The position numbers and the translations under genes were made by a program. A model generated the notes under the pieces. The model was given only the letters and a program-made list of their open reading frames with translations. It ran no database searches and was not told the DNA's origin. Positions 57,558 to 64,000 of a DNA stretch of 64,000 nucleotides are shown piece after piece (positions within the stretch are counted from its first letter, which is position 1; the number at the start of each line of letters is the position of its first letter). Where the stretch lies: NCBI GenBank assembly GCA_037445735.1, contig JBBIJY010000003.1, forward strand, positions 32,001 through 96,000, in the 5' to 3' direction. The stretch comes from Armatimonadota bacterium. GTDB taxonomy: Bacteria > Armatimonadota > Fimbriimonadia > Fimbriimonadales > GBS-DC.

Positions 57558-59198
57558 CTACCCCCGCGCGGCTGAATCCTGATTGTGTCGCCAGCGGCGC
57601 TGCAGATGATCAATATAACCCCACTCAGGCAATTTCAGCCAGCGAGCAAGCGCGAGGTACAGCCCGGCGCTGGTGCTGCCCACCACCAGAATCGTGAGCA
57701 ACGAAGCCAGATTCGGTTGCCAGCCCCGCACCAGCGTCCCCATCAGTGCGTGCAGCCCGAATGCCCCTACGCCCATCACCAGCGACGCCACCCCAATCCG
57801 CAACACGGGATTGACCAGCGGCTCGCTATCCACCTGCTCGGCGGCAGGCAAACGCCGCCGCAACACGCGCAACATCCACACCATCTGCCATGTGGCGGCT
57901 AACGAGGTCGCCAGCGCCAGCCCCACATAGTCCAGCCAGCGCATCAGCACAAAACAGAGCGGAACGAACCCCAGCGTAACGGCGCTGCCTATCAGCACGG
58001 GCGTCAGCGAATCGCGCAGCGCGAAAAACGCCCGCGAAATCAGCGCCTGACCCGACCACGCGAACAGCCCGATCGCAAACCCGCGCAGCGCCGTCGCCAC
58101 CATCGCCGTGTCTTCCGGGCGGAACCGCCCATACTGCAACAGCACGCGCCCGATATCCTCCGCCAGAATCAGCAGCAGCACCGTCGCGGGCGCGGTCAGA
58201 AACCAGACCAGCCGCAAACCGCGCTTCAGCACCACCCGCAGCTCATGCCACCGCCGGGTGGCTGCCAGCGCCGTGAGCGCAGGAAAAATCGCCAGCGCAA
58301 TCCCCTGACCCACAATCCCCAGCGGCGCCTGCATCTGGCGATTCGCGTTATCCAGCGCCGAAATCGCGCCCGCAGGCAACCACGACGCAAACACCCGCAA
58401 AATCAGCATATAGATGCCCGGCAGCGAGAGACCGAACATCACGGGCAACATCAACCGAAACACCTGCCGCACCCCCGGATGGCGCCAGTCCAGCAGCGGA
58501 CGATAGGCGCTGCCCAGCCGCACCATCGCCCACACAGGCATCAGCACACTGCCCACGAACGCACCCAGCAACGCCCCATACGCCAGCCCCGCAATCCCGA
58601 ACGGCACTGCCAGCACCAGCCCGCCAAAAATAATCCCCAGATTGTATATGTTCGGTCCCAGCGCGGGCACCAGAAAATGGCGACGCGCGTACAGCGTTGC
58701 CATCATCAGTCCGCCCATCAGAAAAAAGATTTGCGACGGCAGCACGATGCGCGTCAGAACCGTCGTCCACTCATAACGCATGCGGTCAAAGCCAGGGAAC
58801 ATCAGCGCGACCGCCCACGGCGCGATCAACTCCAGCAGCAGCACCAGCAGCGTGGTCAGCCCCACCATCAGTGTGAACACGCTGGAAAAAACGCGCCATG
58901 CCTCCTCCTTCTGATGCTGTTCCCAGTAGCCTGAAAAGATGGGCATCAGCGCAGACGAAAGCGCGCCCCCCGCCACCATAAAAAAGAGCAGATCGGGCAA
59001 CTGAAACGCGGCGCGATAGGCATCGGTCCACTCGTTCTGCCCGAAGCGGTAGGCAATCACTGTGTCGCGCAGCATGCCCAGCACGCGGCTGAGGGTAATC
59101 GCGCTCATCATCAACAGTGAGGCGCGTGCCCAGCTATAGCCGTGGGTCGGCTGGGCGCCCTGTCCCGCCGCGCCCATCTGCCCCGTCTCACTTCCCAT
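57558..59198 (-). CDS. murJ: lipid II flippase
   Basis: [38 protein letters not shown]. Confidence 0.93.
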   Translation of the reverse strand: MGSETGQMGAAGQGAQPTHGYSWARASLLMMSAITLSRVLGMLRDTVIAYRFGQNEWTDAYRAAFQLPDLLFFMVAGGALSSALMPIFSGYWEQHQKEEAWRVFSSVFTLMVGLTTLLVLLLELIAPWAVALMFPGFDRMRYEWTTVLTRIVLPSQIFFLMGGLMMATLYARRHFLVPALGPNIYNLGIIFGGLVLAVPFGIAGLAYGALLGAFVGSVLMPVWAMVRLGSAYRPLLDWRHPGVRQVFRLMLPVMFGLSLPGIYMLILRVFASWLPAGAISALDNANRQMQAPLGIVGQGIALAIFPALTALAATRRWHELRVVLKRGLRLVWFLTAPATVLLLILAEDIGRVLLQYGRFRPEDTAMVATALRGFAIGLFAWSGQALISRAFFALRDSLTPVLIGSAVTLGFVPLCFVLMRWLDYVGLALATSLAATWQMVWMLRVLRRRLPAAEQVDSEPLVNPVLRIGVASLVMGVGAFGLHALMGTLVRGWQPNLASLLTILVVGSTSAGLYLALARWLKLPEWGYIDHLQRRWRHNQDSAARG

Positions 59199-59520
59199 CG
59201 TTTGTCGGTGAAACCAGTCGCAAGCCGATCACGCCCAGCACAATCAGCGCGATAAAGAGCAGTCGCGCCGCCGTGCGCGGCTCGTTGAACCAGAAGATGC
59301 CGATAATCGCGACGCCCGCCGCGCCGATGCCAGTCCACACCGCGTATGCCGTGCCAATCGGTATTTGACGGGTCGCCAGCGCCAGAAACAACAGGCTCAA
59401 CAGCCCCGCCACAATCACCACCGCCACAGGCAGCGGGCGCGTGAAGCCGTTCGACAGCTTGAGCGCAATCGCCCACACAATCTCCATCACGCCCGCGATC
59501 AGCAGATAGACCCATGCCAT
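59188..59520 (-). CDS. sugE: SMR-family transporter (SugE/Gdx-like)
   Basis: [30 protein letters not shown]. Confidence 0.85.
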   Translation of the reverse strand: MAWVYLLIAGVMEIVWAIALKLSNGFTRPLPVAVVIVAGLLSLLFLALATRQIPIGTAYAVWTGIGAAGVAIIGIFWFNEPRTAARLLFIALIVLGVIGLRLVSPTNDGK

Positions 59521-59524
59521 CGCG

Positions 59525-60646
59525 CTAACTCTCCTCTCGCAGGTAGCGGGCGCCCAGCTCGATAAAGTCGCCACGCTCCACGCCCGCAGGCAGCTCATAG
59601 CGACTGGCGAACTCACGCCACTCGTCCACCAGCGTCGAGGGGCGCTCGTCCGAATCGGGCACACCACGCCCCACGCGCCCCTCCCGATACATCCGCAAAT
59701 CGAGATGGTAATGCAGCGCCCGCGCCCGCAACTCGCGCAATAAGTTCCCATCCAGCCCCGACCGCTGTTCAGGCAACAGATTATAAATCCGCTGGCGCAC
59801 AATCGCGTCGGTGATGTCCACCGATTCGGCGCGCGCCCGAATCTGCTCGTTGATCTCCCCTGCGGTCAGCTCCCGCGCATCGATGGGCAGCAGGTCATAC
59901 ACCGCGCGCGTGGGCACAGGAATGAACTGGTGCGTGCGTGCCTCCACCTCATACAGCACGAACCCCTTCGGCTTGCCCGCCTCCTCCCAGATGTTGTTGC
60001 TGGTGAACTCCGTCGCGCCTGCATAGATGGCGTTCGACGCAACCTGTGTGTACAGGTGCCAGTCGCCCAGCGCGATATAGTCCCAGCCATCGTTCAGGAT
60101 CACCTGGCGCGACACAGGACGCTCAATCGCGTAGGGCGTCAGCCCCTCCAGAATGCCATGCAGGAGCAGCACATTCACTTTCGCCTGCGGGTTCGGCTCG
60201 ATCCGGGTGCTGGTCAGATGGTACAGCCCGCGCGAGGGGATACACAGCAGATGCACGCCAGACGATTCCAGCATCAGGCTCTCGATGCGGTCGTCCACCA
60301 CCTGCACGCCGGGAATATGGCGGAACAGCCCCAGAATGCAGCTGCTCTCGGCGGAGCGCGGCGTCTCGTGATTGCCTGCAATCATAATTAATGGTGCGCC
60401 CCCGCGCTCCTGCTGCACCGCGCTGATCAGCCGATAGGCGTTCAGCAGGCTATAGTTCGGCGGGCGTACCGAATGGAACAGGTCGCCTGTAATCACCACC
60501 AGTTCCGGCTGATGCTCCATCAGCAGGCGCAGCGCCTCCCGAAACGCCCGCAACACATCCCGCTCGCGCTGATTGACCCCACGCGCGCTCAACCGACTGT
60601 ACGCCCGATAGCCCAGATGCACATCGCTGATATGCGCAATTCGCAT
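59525..60646 (-). CDS. sbcD: SbcD/Mre11-family metallophosphoesterase nuclease
   Basis: [29 protein letters not shown]. Confidence 0.82.
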   Translation of the reverse strand: MRIAHISDVHLGYRAYSRLSARGVNQRERDVLRAFREALRLLMEHQPELVVITGDLFHSVRPPNYSLLNAYRLISAVQQERGGAPLIMIAGNHETPRSAESSCILGLFRHIPGVQVVDDRIESLMLESSGVHLLCIPSRGLYHLTSTRIEPNPQAKVNVLLLHGILEGLTPYAIERPVSRQVILNDGWDYIALGDWHLYTQVASNAIYAGATEFTSNNIWEEAGKPKGFVLYEVEARTHQFIPVPTRAVYDLLPIDARELTAGEINEQIRARAESVDITDAIVRQRIYNLLPEQRSGLDGNLLRELRARALHYHLDLRMYREGRVGRGVPDSDERPSTLVDEWREFASRYELPAGVERGDFIELGARYLREES

Positions 60647-60932
60647 GCCCGCGCTCCTGACGAGGGGAATATTACCCGACTGCCAGCACAAGGCAAGAAG
60701 CCCCCTTAGTTATACCCCCTCCCAGCGACAGAATTAAACCAAAAGCAAAGCGCCATCCCTTACGAACCCACAGGAACCGAACCCTTATGGCTTCACTTTC
60801 AGCTCCGCCCAGACGAGTTATCGCAACAGTGGTGAGATGGTGCGTCTGGTTCGCTGGCTGGAACGCGAGCATGGCGTACCTGTGCGTGAGGCAGGCGGCG
60901 AGGATTGACCCTGTAAGAGGTAGACTCCTGAT

Positions 60933-61547
60933 ATGATTGGCTGGCTGAGTGGGGTTGTGCGGGCGGTTGAGGGCGAGCGGGTGCTGATCGAGGTGCAGGG
61001 TGTCGGCTACGAGCTGCGCCTGCCCGCCGCCCTGCGCGAGCAGCTGCCCCCGCCCGGCGAACCCATCAGCCTCTATGTGCGCACGCTCTTCAACGAAGAG
61101 GAGGGCATCACCCTCTACGGCTTCGCCGACGCCTGGCAACGACGCCTGTTCGACCTGCTCATCACCGTTGGGGGCGTCGGTCCCAAACTCGCGCTGAATC
61201 TCATGAGCGCGACGGAGCCGACCACGCTCGCCCGCGCGATTGCGCTCAGGGACACCCGCATGCTGCGCACGCTGCCGGGCGTCGGCGCCAAGCTCGCCGA
61301 GCGGCTCGTGCTGGAACTCTCCGAAAAGGTCGCTGAACTCGCCTTTGAGGAGCGTATCGAGCGGCTCAAGGCTGCCACACGCGCCGCCACGACCGATCTG
61401 GAGGCGCTTGTTGCGGGGCTGGTTCAGCTTGGATACTCGCGGCGCGACGCCGCAAGCGCGGTTCAATCCGCTTTGCAGGAGAACCCCGACGCCGACGAGC
61501 AGACGCTTATGCGCCTCGCGCTTTTGAAGCTGGCTCCGAAACGGTAG
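60933..61547 (+). CDS. ruvA: Holliday junction branch migration protein
   Basis: GVGY, LYGF, VGGVGPKLAL, PGVGAKLAERLVLEL, LGY. Confidence 0.97.
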   Translation: MIGWLSGVVRAVEGERVLIEVQGVGYELRLPAALREQLPPPGEPISLYVRTLFNEEEGITLYGFADAWQRRLFDLLITVGGVGPKLALNLMSATEPTTLARAIALRDTRMLRTLPGVGAKLAERLVLELSEKVAELAFEERIERLKAATRAATTDLEALVAGLVQLGYSRRDAASAVQSALQENPDADEQTLMRLALLKLAPKR

Positions 61548-63909
61548 GCGCCGTCGGGCGCAGCCACCGCCAGAGCCGCCGACGCGGACGCCACCGACAC
61601 GGCTGCACCATCGGCAACGGCTGCGCATACAGTCGCGCCAGCGCGAACTTCGCATCCCGCGCCCGCCGAACCGCCGCCAGCAGACCGCCCACCAGCGCCA
61701 GCGGCGGACCCAACCACACCAGTATCGTGAACGGCTTGTAATAGACCTCCAGCGGGATCACCCAGCGCGGCACGGTCTCCGGTCTGCCCGGCACCATCAG
61801 CAGTCGGAACTCCACCAGCCGCTGATTCACATCCATCTCGCCAATCACCACAATCGCGCCGTCGGGCAAAGTCGCAGGGATCGGAACCACCCCACCCTGC
61901 GCGATGAGCCGAAACGGCTCCACCTGCACAGGCTGCTTCCAGCCCCTCTTCTGAACCTGCAACTGCGCGATGGCACGGAAGCCCTCCTGACCCATCGCCG
62001 CGCCGTCCGCTCGCAAATCCACAAAGCGCAGCGTGTAATCGCCGACCTGAATCCGCTCGCCCTCATGCAGGCGGGCAATCAGCGGGCTGGCGTCCACCTG
62101 CGGCGGCGCAAAAAACGACACATACAGATCGTGATCCCACCAGCGGCGAATCCAGGGCCACACCACGCTGTTGTTCTCGGCGCGGCGCCGATCCAGATAG
62201 AAGCGCGGCTCGGCGATGAACTTCTCGCCATGGCGCGCGACCTCAACCCGCACCCGATTGAACTTATCGAAGCGCGGGTCGCCGAACCGCTCCGAATCGC
62301 CCGTCATGCCCAGATAGCGCCAGCGATAGCCGAACGCCAGCATGTCCTGACCCTGCATAATCACCACCTGCTGCTTGCCCTCGTAGGCGTTGGACAGGAT
62401 CAGCCCGATGACGCCGATTGCCAGCCCCGCGTGGGTCAGGAAGCCGCCCACCGTAACGCGCGACGCCCGCACCCGCCGCCAGATCGCGCCCAGATTGGAA
62501 TAGAAAGCAAAGCTGAGCAGCACCACAATAAAGAGCGTCAGCGGCTCCCGAAAGCCCAGAAAGTACAGCCCGAAGCCCGTCGCAACCGCCAGCAACCAGC
62601 TTCTGGTCAGCCGCTGCAGAATATCATCAAGGCTCATCCCCGACCAGCGCAACATCGGCGCCGCCGCCAGCACAATCGCCGCCAGCACCACCCACGGCGC
62701 ATGCATCTGATTGTAAAAGCCCGGCTTCAGCGAGACCGGCTCCCCGCGAAAGAGCCTGGCAATCAGCGGGTACGAAGTGCCCACCAGACTGATAAGCGCG
62801 GACAGGATGAGCAGCGTGATGCCCCAGCGCACGGCAGCCTCGCGCGAGAAGCCGCGCACTTTAACTGCCGACGGCGGCGCGGGCATCTGCCGATACCGCC
62901 AGCCCCATAACCCCAGCGTGAGCAGCAGCCCGCCCCCCAGCATCACTATCAGAATGCTCAGCGCGCTCTTCGCCAGCGCGTCGAACGAGTGCACCGACAC
63001 CTCCGCCAGCACCCCACTGCGCGTCAGAAAAGTGCCGTACACAAACAGCAGGAACGGAATCGCGCACAGCAGCGGGTTCCAGCGCACCATCCGCCCGCGA
63101 TTGATCTGCAGCATTAGCCCGTGAACTGCTGCCGCCATAAACAGCCACGGGAAGTAGGAGGTGTTCTCCACAGGGTCCCATGCCCAGAAGCCGCCCCAGC
63201 CGAGCGTCTCATACGCCCAGTAGCCGCCCAGCGCCAGTCCGAAGCCCAGTATCGTCGCCGCGTAAATCGCCCACGGACGCACCCGAATCGCCCACTCCTC
63301 ATATTCATTCCGCCAGAGCGCCGATAGCGCGTAGGCGAACGGCACCGCTAATGCCGCGAAGCCCGCAAAAATAATCGGCGGGTGAATCGTCATCCAGATG
63401 TTCTCCAGAGAGGCGTTCAGCCCGATGCCATCGCGCGGCGGGAAGTTCGCTCGCAAAAAGGGCGCGTCCTCTGGCGGGGGCGGCAACGGCGCGAACGGAC
63501 TCTGATACGCCAGAATGCCCATCAGGCACAGCACCAGCGCCGAGTAGACGGTCATCACCCGGCGTTCATAGCCGCCCGCCGTGCGCATCAGCAGCAGCCC
63601 GTACAGCCCTGTCCAGATTGCCCACAGCAGGAAACTGCCCTCCTGACCCGCCCACGCGCCCGCTATCTTGTACCAGAGCGGCAGCGACCGCTCGCTGAAA
63701 TTGAACACATATTGCAAATCGTAGCGCCCCGTGATGAGCGCGTACTGCAGAACCGCCTCCGTCGCCAGAATGAAAACGAAGGCGAACCCGAACGCCCACC
63801 GCGCCCACCGAAGGGAACCCCCACCCCGCCGAACGCTGATTGCATAGAGCACGGTCGCGGCGAAAGCAAACAGCGCGCCCAGCCAGACCACCATATAGCC
63901 CGTCAGCAA
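61507..63909 (-). CDS. ccmF: cytochrome c maturation heme lyase CcmF
   Basis: WAGQEGS, HPP, WAYETLGWGGFWAWDPVEN, TRSG, SVHSF. Confidence 0.93.
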   Translation of the reverse strand: MLTGYMVVWLGALFAFAATVLYAISVRRGGGSLRWARWAFGFAFVFILATEAVLQYALITGRYDLQYVFNFSERSLPLWYKIAGAWAGQEGSFLLWAIWTGLYGLLLMRTAGGYERRVMTVYSALVLCLMGILAYQSPFAPLPPPPEDAPFLRANFPPRDGIGLNASLENIWMTIHPPIIFAGFAALAVPFAYALSALWRNEYEEWAIRVRPWAIYAATILGFGLALGGYWAYETLGWGGFWAWDPVENTSYFPWLFMAAAVHGLMLQINRGRMVRWNPLLCAIPFLLFVYGTFLTRSGVLAEVSVHSFDALAKSALSILIVMLGGGLLLTLGLWGWRYRQMPAPPSAVKVRGFSREAAVRWGITLLILSALISLVGTSYPLIARLFRGEPVSLKPGFYNQMHAPWVVLAAIVLAAAPMLRWSGMSLDDILQRLTRSWLLAVATGFGLYFLGFREPLTLFIVVLLSFAFYSNLGAIWRRVRASRVTVGGFLTHAGLAIGVIGLILSNAYEGKQQVVIMQGQDMLAFGYRWRYLGMTGDSERFGDPRFDKFNRVRVEVARHGEKFIAEPRFYLDRRRAENNSVVWPWIRRWWDHDLYVSFFAPPQVDASPLIARLHEGERIQVGDYTLRFVDLRADGAAMGQEGFRAIAQLQVQKRGWKQPVQVEPFRLIAQGGVVPIPATLPDGAIVVIGEMDVNQRLVEFRLLMVPGRPETVPRWVIPLEVYYKPFTILVWLGPPLALVGGLLAAVRRARDAKFALARLYAQPLPMVQPCRWRPRRRLWRWLRPTAPTVSEPASKARGA

Positions 63910-63915
63910 CGCCGT

Positions 63916-64000
63916 TCACCTCCGTGCCGACCGCTGCTCGCCCTGATACTTGCTGGGACACTTGACCAGCATCTCGCGAGCCTCAAACACGCCATTTTTA
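63916..64000 (-). CDS. ccmE: 3' end of heme chaperone CcmE (CxxxY variant), truncated by window edge
   Basis: ...NGVFEAREMLVKCPSKYQGEQRSARR*, directly upstream of ccmF. Confidence 0.85.
   Translation of the reverse strand, partial: KNGVFEAREMLVKCPSKYQGEQRSARR

Noticed and set aside
59521-59560. Guanidine riboswitch upstream of sugE
   Set aside because: The gene starts 4 bp after the sbcD stop, leaving no leader.

Overview
GC-rich bacterial chromosomal window from a diderm: it encodes lipid A biosynthesis and cytochrome c maturation. The gene content and secreted-protein style suggest Armatimonadota, but this is an unverified inference. Housekeeping genes dominate: asnS, mazG, ffh, nuoN, yitJ-like, lpxC-fabZ-lpxA-lpxB, pcrA, ECF sigma/anti-sigma/htrA, ispDF, hpf, rpmA, rpmF, plsX, murJ, sbcD, ruvA and ccmF/ccmE. 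Accessory material is interspersed, with five main highlights. (1) Four unrelated secreted proteins share a C-terminal double Ca-loop, dockerin-like tail ending in Cys, a candidate undescribed surface-docking or sorting system; two tails are identical at DNA level over 133 bp. (2) A palindromic repeat family (CCCTCTCCC..GGGAGAGGG) sits between genes and is also inserted in-frame in two metabolic enzyme genes. (3) A low-GC three-gene island (m4C-type MTase, LAGLIDADG-like protein, small PD-(D/E)XK nuclease) is flanked by a 7-bp direct repeat. (4) There are two STAND/NLR-like proteins. (5) An ECF promoter motif G(G/C)AAC-N17-CGT(A/C)TA occurs at four sites. There is also a HAIR-like operator, many apparently leaderless genes, an ICMT-family gene coupled to lpxB, tandem Uma2 paralogs and a deleted TA module. 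No rRNA, tRNA or CRISPR array was seen. All calls come from motif recognition without database searches.
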